From Nitrosopumilaceae archaeon (GTDB taxonomy: Archaea > Thermoproteota > Nitrososphaeria > Nitrososphaerales > Nitrosopumilaceae), in contig CBDBMG010000001.1 of NCBI GenBank assembly GCA_965207375.1, forward strand, positions 32,001-96,000: a DNA stretch of 64,000 nucleotides, given 5' to 3'. This document shows positions 51,299 to 64,000 of this stretch, one piece after another (the stretch's first letter is position 1; each line of letters begins with the position of its first letter). The position numbers and the translations under genes were made by a program. The notes beneath the pieces were generated by a model. That model saw only the letters and a program-made list of their open reading frames with translations, did no database searches and was not told the origin of the DNA.

Positions 51299-52720
51299 AT
51301 CAAACTAATGAAGGGAATGAATTTTTCGTTGGATTTTTCAGAAATTGATTCAGTAGAACTGACGAACCTGAGGTGATACCTCCAGTTCTCTGGATCACAA
51401 CTAAAGAGTCTATGCCAGTCAACTTTACAGTGTCCACTATTTTTGGACTTATTACTAGTGGTGTAGCAACTCCTGGAGAAATAACATATATTGATATACC
51501 TCTTGGATTTGTTGTGTTTGATTTATCTGCAGATAGTGAAGCTGATACACGGTTTAAAGGAATTTATATTGAAGCAGAAGATGACAGAAGGATTGCTGTG
51601 TTTGGTCAACATGAAGAAGCAGCATCCAATGATGCTTATCTAGCATTACCAATTATTTCACTGCCAACAGGAAGGTCTTATGAGTACATTGCAGCATCAA
51701 TATTTGGAGATACAGGTACTGTTTCACAAGCTAAAGATAGTGTGGCTCTAATTATTGGAACTGAGAATGATACTGAGATAATCCTTGAACCATCTGTTAT
51801 CATCAGGCATCCCTTTGCAACACAAAGTGGTAGACAGTTTATTCCTGGAGTTCCTGTTCAGTTTCGTACTGTAACTATTCAGAGATTTCAGACATTTTAT
51901 CTTCAGGTTCGTGGTGGAGATATATCTGGTACTCGTATAATAGCAAATAAGCCAATATCTGTTTTCTCTGGACATGAGTGTGCTAATGTTCCATTAGCTA
52001 GTGAACCTTGTGACACACTGATTGAACAACTTCAGCCAATAGATACATGGGGAGCTGAAGTAGTTACAGTTCCACTGAGAACAAGGAGTGGTGATGTACT
52101 AAAAGTGTTTGCTTCACAAGACTCTACTACAGTTAATGTTACATATACAGACATCAGTAGTGGCATGGTTACCAGTGATAGTTTCACACTTAATCGTAAT
52201 GGATTTAGAGAGTTGGGGGGTACTTCAATATTTGCCACAGGGGCTATTGCTGACTTTGCCTTGATACAGTCTAATAATCCAATTGCAGTGTTTCAATTTA
52301 GCAGAAGCTTTTCAGCTGATAATAATATAATATCTGATCCATTTATGTTGTCAGTACCATCTTGTGAACAATATCGTAACAGTTATGCTGTAGCTCCAGC
52401 TCCATTTGATCCTTCAGTTGAAGCACTGTTTCAGGACGAGCTGCATATGTTAACTATACTAACATAGCAGTACCAGCTGAGTACGTATTTTAATGCTAGT
52501 TTAACAGTTAATAATAATCCAATTAATGCATCAGAGTTTAGGCCAATCAGGAGAGCAGATAACAGCATATGGGGCTATGGGGCATAGCTAGAACTTGATG
52601 GAGTTACAATGATAAGCCATTCAGATCCAAATGCAGCTCTATCGGTAACATTGTATGGATTCAGTAACCAGATGTCATGGGGTTATACTGGAGGAACAGG
52701 TCTTGCTCCTGTTGCTCTTT
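51299..52720 (+). pseudogene. IgGFc-binding exon, copy 2, inactivated
   Basis: Highly similar to 24273-25703; CGA->TGA at 51346, net -4 nt near 52423-52431, +CGTA at 52484-52487, CAG->TAG at 52585. Confidence 0.92.
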
Positions 52721-52929
52721 GTAAGTTATGAACAACATGTTATTGTATGTAAATGTCACTTATGTCAGTGATCTGTAACATGATCTAATTTTTGTTAGAA
52801 CCTTTTTGTTCTCAAGGACACAAGGTTGTCGTCATTTCATGTTTACTGTTACAGCAGCTGTTGTCTCTTTGCTATTGTTCATTATAGTTACAGTGTGTGT
52901 ATATTTGTACTTGTAAATTACCACTAATA

Positions 52930-53123
52930 TCGTAAAGCCTAAATTTTTCGAGGGGAAAATTTTTGCTGATTTCGAGTTTTTTGACCAACCACGAAAACGA
53001 AATATTTGTTTTATGTTATAATTCAATACTGTACTTCTGCATTCCACAAAAAATTTATCTATGAAACTGTTAAATTCATGGTTCCATGAAAATTTTAACC
53101 CTCGAAAAATTTATGCTATATGG
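52930..53123. mobile_element. Tc2/pogo-like MITE
   Basis: Degenerate CCGTATAGC TIR; TA TSD confirmed by the empty site ccactaataacac at ~25991. Confidence 0.8.
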
Positions 53124-53187
53124 TAACACTTTCTCACTTATGATACAATGGTTACCAAATGATATTGAGTCATTTCATTATCTGTAG

Positions 53188-53337
53188 CTGTGGTCTCATT
53201 TGAGACAAATGGAGGATCAGCAGTTACCATAGTAATACCAGAGAGGGTAGGCTCATTGGTAGTAGTTTTAGTACTCAGTGAAGCAGTTGGTGAACCAGTC
53301 ACTGTTTATGTAATAGCAATAGACATAACTGCTAGAG
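53188..53337 (+). CDS. Calx-beta domain exon A (copy 2, open)
   Basis: VSFE...IPERVGSLVVVLVLS...VTVYV...DITAR; tgtag acceptor, gtttgt donor; followed by a 51-nt intron. Confidence 0.85.
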
Positions 53338-53388
53338 GTTTGTTAAACCTAGTCTATACATTAACAATTTTATTCAGTTCATTTATAG

Positions 53389-53613
53389 CTGGTAAAGATT
53401 TTGGACCATCTCAAAATTATACAGTAACCTTTCCTGCTGGATCAACAAGACAATCAGTAAACATTCCCATTATTAATGATACTGTTTTTGAGCTTGATGA
53501 AACCTTTCAATTAGAAATCATTGTTCCTGAAGCAGCTGTTAGAGCTGGTGTAATAGATGGCTGTGATCCATTTACTCCTAGACAAACTGTTAAAATCATT
53601 GATGATGATGATG
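53389..53613 (+). CDS. Calx-beta domain exon B (copy 2, open)
   Basis: AGKDF...VTFPAGSTRQSVNIPIINDTVFELDETFQLEI...TVKIIDDDD canonical Calx-beta motif; gtaagt donor. Confidence 0.9.
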
Positions 53614-54386
53614 GTAAGTTGCACATCAATATGATTTATCATTAGCATGTTAATTGTAGTGTAAATGATAAAACAATTAACACCATTGTGTAACAAATAA
53701 TGTAATATGATATCACTGAATGCATTGTGTGTATGTACATCATATATGTATATGTGACTGTCACTGCAAAATCCAGCCATGTTCGCACTAAAACTGAAAC
53801 AATTTTATTACACAAGCTTATAGCTACACACACTTAAGAACTATCCATGCACAGTGTCTCTGCTGGCCAATGTGAACTGGTATGCTTTTCTGGAGGAAAT
53901 TTTGCCAACCTTATGATGTCACGATAAAGAGAATGGTGCTTTTCATAGAGGACACCAATTGGGTGGCCATCACTTGGAACTGTTCCCATTGCCTTGTGTG
54001 GTGTGGTGTGGTGTGGTGTGGAGACCTTTCCTACTCTAAACAGTTGATCCACCTCCCACCCACCCACCCCTCAATGATGGCTGGATTTCAAAAGCCCTGA
54101 AATCCAGCCATCAGCTGTTCACAAGGTTAACTCCATGAATAATTGCTGCTAATATAAGACAGCCAGCTATAGAGAGCTCATTGTTTTAGTATTTTGAAAT
54201 GGTACTTATTTCTCGAAATATTACCAAGTGCAAACTAGGTTGTTTTTCACTCATATATTTGAGTAATTGCAGTATTGCCATCGTAGTTACTGTTATGTAC
54301 TGTACATACAAATATTGGGTTCGTATATATGTAGCAGCTCACCACTTATATTGTTAATGTGCCAGTTTTGTGCTAGTATATATATA

Positions 54387-54972
54387 CCGTATAGCGGGTT
54401 TTTAATGTGGACACAAAAAGTTGCAAAATAAAATTTAAACGACATTTAATCTTGTGAGCTAGCCTATTCACAATATTAAATTCCTCGAATGAATAAAGCG
54501 AAGAATAAAGCTTTCCTTTAAATCTTCGTCATATGCTCATATTATACTGAATTGCGAAAATATCTGTGAATAGACATCCTTTTTCACCGTATACTTCCTG
54601 TGCGATCGACGCCCATGTGCCACACCCACTTCAAAACACAAGGGGTTTGGCTTGCTACCATAGTTAAAGGCTTAAAATATCTTCAAGTTATGCATGGGAA
54701 TCGTAATTTTTGGCCTTTAGTCTGTATATGATTGCTGTATGGACATGCCCATTTTATTGATCGACTAGATCACGTCGTGCATAAAAGTATGGCTACGCCA
54801 GACTAGATGTATACAGAATTGCAGTAAAGAACTACAGCTACTCCAGTATACTGATTACTGAACGATTTGCTAGTTTTGTACATGCATGCAAGTAAAATAC
54901 AACGTAATTAAAACCTTGCAAATTAAGCCAATCGCAAGATTAAAATCCTCGCATGAAAAACCCGCTATACGG
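54387..54972. mobile_element. Tc2/pogo-like MITE
   Basis: CCGTATAGCGGGTTTTT..AAAAACCCGCTATACGG; TA TSD; empty site at ~27110; related fragment at 20965-21154. Confidence 0.85.
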
Positions 54973-55675
54973 TAGTCTGTCTTAGCAGTATGGATAGTTA
55001 TTATAACAATACACTAATTTAGCGATTTTAGCAAGTAGCTGTACTAAATTTACTATATAACGCTAATATAAACATTTTGATCAATACTCTCTAATAAAGC
55101 AGTCACTAATGATTGGTGACTGCACTATTAGAGAGTATTGATGTGCAATTGCTAAATTTAGTATTTGCTAAATGTGCAATCATAAATATCACTAACTTTA
55201 GTGTATCATTAATATTACTCGGCTTAAGGTACGTAAGTATACAGAGTGCATGTAAAAATAAAATAATTGTATGCATTTGCTAAGACATCTTTAGCAGTCT
55301 TGGTGGGTAAGTATGTTAAAGAAATTACAACAGCAAGGTTATTAATAAGCTGGTTGCTTAGTAACGATTACCTTAACTACTGATGATCTATAATCTATAA
55401 AGGCATAATGATGATCAGACAGGATGATGTTGAAGATTTCCAGTAGTACAAAGTTATATAACTATAAAATATTTATTAATTAATATGTTAACATACATAC
55501 ATACACACACACTACAATCAATATCAATTGTGCATGAAACAATATGATGTCATTGTTCCTAATGAAGTAGAGTCTAAAAATGGTGCTCAGATTTAGAGTT
55601 ATCAATGTCACATTGACTCAGCATCATCACAATACCTTATCCAAAGGCTGATGTGCGACTCATGTCATCGCTGCA

Positions 55676-55761
<86 letters not shown>

Positions 55762-55989
55762 ATACATATGTACATAGATGCATACATACACATAGGGACA
55801 TACAATGCACAAAGACAAAAGCAACAGATAAACTTTGCAGTTTGCACTTAACTAAAAACCTCACTATAGACAACATTACGGGTTTTGCAATCTTCCCTAA
55901 CTAAAAGTGTGAGAGAATCTGGGGAACCTACTCTAGAGAGCGCTACATAAAGCATTCCATGTGTGAAGCTTTCTTCAGTTAGATCTATT

Positions 55990-56778
55990 CCTACAGCTGC
56001 CCTATCATGCAGGTGTAGCTAAATGTATGCTGTGCTATAGGTGTCTATACCTATATAATTGACTATCCTTATGCTGTAGTTTCTGTAGTCTGTTTTGCTG
56101 ATCTATAGTCTGGTGCACCTACATACCTATAGCCCTATAGCTATATGCTTAGTGGTATAGGCATATAGCTATACCCATGCTAGGTATGTAGTCTCCTAGT
56201 CAGCCTTGCTACATATATAGTGTTAGCTATAGTTGATACAGTGGACTCCATACTTTCTTATAGCCTGTTTGGTCTCATGTAGCCACTCTAGTCTCTCATG
56301 CCTACCTAACAATGTTTACTTAGCTTAACACCCTGTGTGGCTTCATTTGACACCCTGTGTGTTTACACTATAAGGCTTCATTATTATTTAACACCTTGTA
56401 ATAGGTTGTACCAACAGCTACTTATCGTCATTTTCGTTTCTTCAATCACATAATCAGCGCTACGTAAATTTTTTGAAATCAAAAAATGCAGTGACTCAAT
56501 CCCCGACCACTGAACTAAGGTATCACAGTCGAGTGCATTACCAATCGTGCACTGGATTGTTGTGGTTAATGGCTGTATCGTTCGACACAGATGCTGGTGT
56601 TGAAAAACTATAGCCGTTAGAAACTTTTAGAAATATACTCGCAGATGCCGGAGCACATGGCTTTCATTTCAAGCAAGTCTGGCGTCGATCCATCCAGAGA
56701 CAGCAGAGTCAGCAGCCTGACGAGGAAAGAATGCAGACGGACGTACGGACAGACGGCTTTTCAGCTTTATATAGTAGA
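55990..56778 (-). mobile_element. Helitron of the same family as 60043-61159, 3'-truncated
   Basis: TCTACTATATAAAGCTGAAA 5' end and shared internal sequence; left boundary approximate. Confidence 0.65.
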
Positions 56779-57509
56779 TTGAATCATATTCGATATGAAC
56801 TCATACCTTACACCCATATTGAATAACACTATCTCCATAACTACATTTTACTTACAATAGTTAGTTACTGCTGTTGAAATTAGAGGTGGATCGATAATCA
56901 AATAAACCGATATTCTGATAACCGATATATCGGCTATGAAAATCACTGATACTGATACCGATAAAGTTAATCATCCTGCGTAACTCTAGATATTCCATCA
57001 TTATACAAGTTAGATTGATATTATCCACTATGTAGAATAATCCAAATTTGCTGTCCTTTCTACTTCAATTCACTACAATTATAGTATTGATTAATCAACA
57101 AAATTTTCACTGATATGCCAATATTAAAATAATGATTAGTGGCAAATATGTAGCCACATTGCTTTAATAACTTTACAAGTTCACTTCTGTCATTGTACTG
57201 ATACCAATTGGCATAATATCCTACTAGTGTATTACAAATCTTTCTCAGTAGTTACATTTCCCATATTATAGCTGCTGGTATCAGTGGTATGTGATGTTTT
57301 TAGTTGTACGTTGCTTGATGATATATAATATGACATATTGCAATAGCATAGTTGTAGGACTTGTAAAGAAGTAATATACCGCATAGTGGGTTAATGTCGA
57401 GGGGAGGATAAGCTAGGTATAGGTTATTGTTCAAATCCGAAGTTCTACATTGTTTTTATGGCGCGTTTTCTGGGCAAAAATTCATCTGTAAAATATCATC
57501 GAAGTTAAA

Positions 57510-57870
57510 CACATCGATCAGTAATTTTCGATTGAAATTTGACATCGATTGAAATTATCGATCGAATTTTCACATCGATCCAAATTATCGATCGAATTTT
57601 TACATTAATTAATCGAACCTCAGTGAAATGTGTCAAACGCATCGGTTATAATTTTCGATCGAAATTTATAAATCGATCGAATTTTTACAAATCGATCGAT
57701 CGAAGTTTTGAAATCAATTGATTGAAGTTACAAAACGATCGAAAACTGTTAGAAAAATTCGATCGATATTTGATCGCGATATTTTAAATTCTTATATTTA
57801 AAAGTCGATTATTTAAAATCGATATTCTGAATCACCAATTTGACGTATGTATTAATTATCGATATTATAA
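57510..57870. repeat. ATCGAT/ATCGAA-rich degenerate array, probably TE subterminal sequence
   Basis: Dense ATCG motifs in an otherwise CpG-poor region. Confidence 0.55.
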
Positions 57871-58249
57871 GTATCATTTACTGCCACAAATCAGTTTGTC
57901 CCTATATAGCTAGCTAGCTAGCTATACTCTTTGTAAGCTCAAGAATAGCCTTTAACAAAGAAATAATATTTGTCAGTTCTCGAAATACAAAGCAGCTAAA
58001 TCCTTAACAGACTATACAAACTATGGTCAACAGAGAAACCTATAGTGAGATCCAAAGTTAGGATGGCTAGCACAAATGAATTACGAAGAGTATACTTGAT
58101 TACTAAACTGCACTCTAATCTTCTATTGTAAACAAAAAGTTAAGCATTAATTAGCTATATATTCCATACTTACAGCATGGTGTATGGAATTAGCTACCTA
58201 TATACTGTATGGAATTACCATGCTCATAGCTACTTATGTACTATTAAAA

Positions 58250-58750
58250 TCTCTGTGGATATAGCCATTCTAAATGAGTTTCTGTGCAACACCGACTTCT
58301 CCAATCTGATAATGTTGAATATGTTTGGCAATTTACTGAATCCATCCTGTTAGTTGCAATTAAGAGATTTATCCTGTCATATAGCTAGCTAGCTACACTG
58401 AAACCAAATTCATATCTAAAATGATTTACACCACTGAAACCTGCGACATCAATTAAAATGTATTCATACACTGAGGATACGGAAACCTACCTACTGACCA
58501 TGTTAACAACCATCTTGAATCATATAAAAATCAGTTCACCCATGAGTGTTCACTAGTCAAAACCTCATTTGAGTCTAATCTGATATCAAATTTCATCTCG
58601 GGTGATCAAAGAAAAATATATCAGTATATAAGAAATATTACTAAATCAAACACAATACCGCCAACTATTTTTATAATGATTCTAATGCCTCTGATGATTT
58701 TGGTAAAGCTATACAGTTTAACCAGTTTATCTATTCAGTTTTTACCAGAA
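58250..58750 (+). mobile_element. LINE ORF2 fragment (pre-RT linker)
   Basis: KIYQYIRNITKSNTIPPTI...KAIQFNQFIYSVFT, resembling the CR1-type linker. Confidence 0.55.
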
Positions 58751-58907
58751 CGAGTATCCCCAGAAATAAAAGAAATAAAAGTCTTTATATCAAACCCTTG
58801 TTTTTTCCTTGTATGTATGTATGTATGTATGTATGTATGTATGTATGTCTTGGGGATGCCCCTATAGGCTTTTTTAGCCTTTTGCTTCCCCCTGTTTATT
58901 TTGATGA

Positions 58908-58940
<33 letters not shown>

Positions 58941-58969
58941 CCTTCATGTGGAGATTTTAGATTTCTGAT

Positions 58970-61380
58970 AAAGAAAATAATGTTGTTGAGGTCTAAGATG
59001 TACATAACAGGCAGGATATGAAGTTTTACGTATATGACGAGATTTGTAACTAGTTGCTAACATAATATAGTCATTTAAAATATATTTGGTTGGATACGTT
59101 TAATAAGCTGTATATGGTGTGGTTTCCATAAAATTGAGTGGTAGCTACATGAAGTGAGACCGAATTAATGAGATATAAAGCTGTTTTTTTGCAATTAACA
59201 GGAATGAGTGTTGTAGCAACTTATAAGCCTTAGAAGTAACACCTTGGTAGTGTGGTTCCCAGAAGAGGTTGAAGAAAGTATAACACCCAAGTCACTGCGC
59301 ATGGTTATCAACTTTTTTAATTACAGAAGTACCAATGGTGTTACCGTGTAAGTTGATGATACTATAGAATTGAAGCTTAACAGTACAGTTTTGGAGGAGT
59401 TAAACATGAGGTTCCAGTCTAGCTATAGCTACGTATGCTCCATTCTCTTAAAGATTCAATGTCACGTTGGAGCTGAAAGGAGTCAGATGGTTGGATGATG
59501 GTTTTGAAGCATTTGATATCATCAGCAAAGAGTAAAGTCACTGATAAAGCAACATAGTTAGGAATGTTGTTGACATATATGTATGAGGAACATTAATGGG
59601 TCCAGGATACTTCCCTGTGGGACTCTTGATAAGACAGGCAATAGACTAGAGTATATTTATTGTGTATTTTACACATTGTTGCCGATTTGATAAATATAGG
59701 ATTTGAACCATAACCATGCAAAGGTTTCCATGCAAAGATAACTAACAGTTCATTGTGAGAGACACTCTCAAATGCCTTTCGGATATCTAAATATATTACA
59801 TCAGTTTGGCACCTATAGTGCTTATAGCTTTATTTAGCAGAATAGGTAGTTGACCTATTTCTTAGAAATCCAAATTGGCAGGAAGAGATGAACTTGAAGA
59901 TGTGAAAGTATATTTTGCCATGAATTAATTGCTCAAGTACTTTGGATGCATTACACAGTAGAGATGAAGGGCGGTAGTTATTTGTCAAGGTTTTGTCACC
60001 AGATTTGTACACATGTACAGGGACCTATATATACATATATAACTAACAAGTGTACCTGCGCTATCGTGCAGGGTGTAGGCTGTGTAGCTAAATGCAATGC
60101 ATGACCCTACCTATGGTGTCTTTTGCCTATAGCCAGCTACTTATGGTCTGCCCTATTGTGCAGGTGCTGCTAAATGCATGCTGTGCATGGTGGTAACATA
60201 TGCTACCTAGTCTCCTATACCTACCTGTGGTCTCCATGCAATGATTTACCTAGTGTCCTGATCTCCTATGCTTATGCCTGGTCTCCTGGGCCTGCCTATG
60301 GTCTCCTATGCCTGCCTATGGTCTCCTATGCTTACCTATGTGGTTGCCTACCTGTGATCCCCTATGTCTATACCTTGCCTCCTAGGCCTGCCTGCCTACC
60401 TATGATCTCCTACACCTATGTACCTAGTCTCCTAAGCCTACTTATAGTCTCCTATGCCTACCTAGTCTCCTAAGCCTACCTATAACTCCTATGTGGCTCC
60501 TAAGCCTCCATAAGTCTTCTCTTATGCACCACATAGCAATGTTAACACCTTGAGGTTTCTTTGTTTAATTAACACCTTGTATAATACGTAGGCTGTACCA
60601 GCTTGTAAAAAGTTTATAAACTAATGCAGTGACTAAATCCCTGACCTGGTAACAGCTTGTAAAAAAAGTTTATAAACGAAAAGAACATGCAGTCACTAAA
60701 TCCCCAACCACCGAACTAAGGTGTCGAAGTCCAGTGGTTCACCAACTGTGCACTAGCTGGATTGCTGCGATTCATAACCGTCTGGAGTCTCCTCTTATGC
60801 ACCACATAACAATGTAGGCTGTACCAGCTTGTAAAAAAAGTTTATAAACTGGTAGTAACTAAATCCCCGACCACCGACCTAAGGTGTCAAAGTCCAATGC
60901 TTTACCAACTGTGCACTGGATTGCTGTGGTCAATGGCTGTCTGGATCGACACGGGTGTCTATCGGGCACTCGTGTCGAAAAACTAAAGCTCTTAGAAATT
61001 TTTTAAAATAAACTTGCATGGTCATGCCAGAAGACATACTATCACATTGAGCAAGTCTGATGTTGATCCATGCAGCCACGGCCGAGAAACTGACCAACAA
61101 AAAGTGTGGACGGACAGACAGATGGACAGACAGATGGCCTTTCAGGTTTATATAGTAGATTATATTGAATGAATACACAAATCAGTGGGTAGTGTATGCT
61201 TATTAAGACTTAGTGAAAATAAGAAGTGTAAGGGTTTGAACAAAGTTTCTGCACAGTATTTTAAAACCCTGGGCCCAACAGCTACCATCAATTCCAGTTG
61301 CTTTAGTAGGGTTCAATGCAGAGAGAGCATTAAATACTTAAGCTTCAGAAATGGAAATTGAAACTAAATGGTATCTGATA
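58970..61380 (-). mobile_element. Degenerate CR1/L2-type LINE ORF2 (reverse transcriptase), split by the Helitron
   Basis: YKSGDK...NYRP.SLL...KVLE, QFGF, DVIYLDIRKAF, VPQGSILDP, LLFADD motifs; KATGIDG upstream at ~61290; multiple frameshifts. Confidence 0.85.
60043..61159 (-). mobile_element. Canonical non-autonomous Helitron inserted into a LINE
   Basis: A|TCTACTATATAA start, (GTCT)-like repeat, CCTAT minisatellite, short 3' hairpin CCTGCACGATAGCGCAGG then TTAG|T; related 3' end at ~19409. Confidence 0.8.
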
Positions 61381-61429
61381 GAAGGATCTAAAGTAGCTAT
61401 CTGCTTCTATAGTTGTAGGGTGATCTTAC

Positions 61430-62760
61430 TAGAGCATGCGCAGTTAACCATAAATTACAGCACACCAGATCTATACTAATAACATCGCTACCAATTTCTA
61501 CTTCAATAGACTTCCACATATTTGGAATGCTCTGCCTGTCAATAATATTAATCTTGATGTAAAGGTGCATGATCAAACAAAAACTCCCATTTTACTTCTG
61601 GAAGAACTTTGAAAGCAACTTCAGCTCTGAAAATGCATGCAGTTAGCTACCCCTTCCTGTGCAGCTGCTCCAGGTGCAACCATGCAACATCCTATCATTA
61701 ATAATTTTAACAAGTAGCTAGCTAATCATAACTTTATCATATGAATGGCCACAGACATGGGTTGCCTGTGGACCATCGGTGCATTTAGCTATAGCTACCA
61801 TGTAGAATTAGCTAATTTGTACATGTATGCATATGCATTGTAAGGTTTTTATAAGTAAAATTTGATCTCATTTTGAAAAGTAACAACTTATTGTCTTAAC
61901 ATACATAGTATTCACCCAAAAATTCATCATATCACTATACAGCATCACATATATAGGCGGCAGAATAGGGAGTAGTACTAGGGGCACTTTCCCCCACAAA
62001 ATTATAATAGGAATTTAATGCATGCGCAAATGTGTCTTGCTACTTTATTGTGCCTCCACACTTTTGAGCAAATCGTTAAGCCACCTCTGATATGACGTAG
62101 CTATAGTGTGAAATCTCTGGAAAACTTCACATTATGATCTAGGCATAACTTTTTCTGCCAATAGTCATGGCATCCTCATTATGAGCATATTATTAGTAAA
62201 GCTCATGCATAGGGCACTTGGACTTCTTTGCCACAATTTTTCAAGTTTTCATACTCAAAAAGCTTTACTGTGATATTTATAGCTATATAGATCATGCTTA
62301 CTGTACACTGTTCCCCATTATGGAGACCTTACCTTGTTCAAGACATTATCCTGTTAGAGAGTATACAGAGTCGAACTAGCAAGTTTATTCTGAATGATTA
62401 TTCAACAGACTATAAATCTCGCTAAATCTGCTTCCTGGCTTTGATGTATATCTATGAGCTAATGGACATCCTATTTTTCATCAATATTACAAATTTTTGA
62501 GTTCAAACACTAGCTATAGTTAGCTATGTCATTTGGTACAAAGGTTTGCTATATAGGGTTTCCGACAACAATGTAACCCTTAATTCATATCTTTAAACTC
62601 CCCAGATTATGGAACTCTCTCCCTATTATTGATAATACTCTCTCATATGACATAGTTAATTAACTTATTTGATTTTTGGAACCATATGATCCTGTACAGC
62701 TCAGTACCCTTCATTTTTTATGTTTTGGTTGTAATTGTGCTAAACTACACCACATCTTCA
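61430..62760 (+). mobile_element. Two LINE ORF2 3'-end fragments
   Basis: NRLPHIWNALP; DIILLESIQSRTSKFILNDY; LPRLWNSLP; boundaries approximate. Confidence 0.6.
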
Positions 62761-62994
62761 ATTTTCCTAAATTGTAATCTGTCTTCATATTTTGTAGTAT
62801 AACTTAGCTAGCTACATAGCTAGCTATAGTTAAATAGTATTAGTTGCTAGTCTGCCTTCAATAGCTACACTGTTAAAAATGGGTAAAATGTCTGAAAACA
62901 ACTCCTTTTGGAGTTACCACAGCTCCTCATTTTTAGCAGTGTACAGCTATTGGCCTAGACATATAGTATATTATGGGTACACTCCGCATATGTA

Positions 62995-63770
62995 TTATTA
63001 TTATTATTATTATTATTCTAGAAGAAGGCAAATACATACACAGGTAGTTTAACAAATCAAAACTTATACTATATACTTATGTAAGAGGTTCTGAAAACTT
63101 GTGAATGAAGGGGAATCAGCAATTTGCAAGGGTAAATTATTCCACAGTTCGATTGTTTGGGGATAGAATGAATATTAATAAAATATGTCAGTTCTACAAA
63201 AAGTGGATTAATTCTTTGATTATTAAAGTCACGTAAATCATAGCAGGAAGGTTCCATTCTTGTTACTTGGGTAGATGGTAGTAGTACTATGTCATTAATA
63301 ATCTTATATAGCATCTGAACTCTTAGCTTTTTCCTTCTATCCTCTAGAGATTCCCATCCTAGTGTTTTAATCATATTACTTACACTAGCATGCAGTTTGC
63401 TGATAGTTTCTTGATACAAATCTTGCACTTCTACGTTGCAATCTTTCAAGCCTATAAATATCTTGAAGGAGCCATGTCGACCAGACTGAAGCGGCGTATT
63501 CAACTTGGGGGTGTATCATCGTACAGTAGGCTAATTCTCTGATCTTTTGTGGAGCCATCTTAAAGTTTCTTCTCAGAAAACCCAAGGTTTGGCTTGCTTT
63601 GGAGACAACTGCGGATATGTTTACTCTGCAGAGTAATTCCAAGATACTTAAGTTGACTTACAGCAGGCAGTGGGTGTCATGTAGTACATAATTGTGTGTT
63701 ATTCTGTACTTAGTAGCCAAGGATATAGTCATGACATAACATTTAGTTGGATTAAGAGTGACTAAGAAGT
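62995..63770 (-). mobile_element. CR1-type LINE 3' end with (AAT)n tail
   Basis: YLGI, KASQTLGFLRRN, VEYAASVW, LERLQRRSARFV, LGWESLEDRRK, IELWNNLP; (TAT)n at 62995-63017. Confidence 0.85.
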
Positions 63771-63834
63771 TGTGGTATGTGCATGGGAGCAGAGCCCATT
63801 ATCAATTGGTAGCTACATGTAACATACGTATAGC

Positions 63835-63875
<41 letters not shown>

Positions 63876-64000
63876 ATATCTGTTATCTATAGCTAATACT
63901 CAGCAGATAGTGTGATTGTATACAGCAGCTGCATGGCAGCTATAGTGTACTTATAGCTATACACTGAGGCTATGCAATGACATTATGTTATTATTATAAT

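Noticed and set aside
53190-53645. Single-exon 151-aa Calx-beta ORF
   Set aside because: Reads through a 51-nt stop-free gt-ag intron (53338-53388) at the usual TA|G.D position; modelled as two exons

Overview
AT-rich, intron-containing animal genomic DNA; the very short introns, Calx-beta/IgGFc-binding/Ig exon repertoire and repeat content suggest a demosponge (inference). All recognisable host genes are on the + strand and encode secreted or extracellular proteins. (1) The 3' part of a multi-Ig gene with a 10-Cys C-terminal module (805-18203). (2) A signal peptide/IgGFc-binding/Calx-beta gene present as two tandem paralogues (from 21473 and 46187) that have decayed in complementary exons; two exons encoding a basic bacterial-type Ig-like domain (43474-45327) probably end copy 1. 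(3) A frameshifted alpha-neurexin-like fragment (SP-LamG-EGF-LamG-LamG-EGF, 36242-38093) inside a 9.7-kb HINE-cargo-HINE block that splits another element. The rest is densely nested non-autonomous transposons (hAT with 5/6/8-bp TSDs, AcademH-like, MULE-like, Kolobok, Harbinger, Tc2/pogo-like, P-like, Helitron/Helentron) and CR1-type LINE debris. The most unusual signals are a recurrent TA->TAGCTA/TACGTA 4-nt insertion signature that frameshifts exons, two Helitron-like families ending in 330-420 nt near-perfect terminal palindromes, and the apparent Helentron-mediated gene-fragment transfer. Family assignments come from reading motifs, termini and TSDs by eye; no database searches were run.
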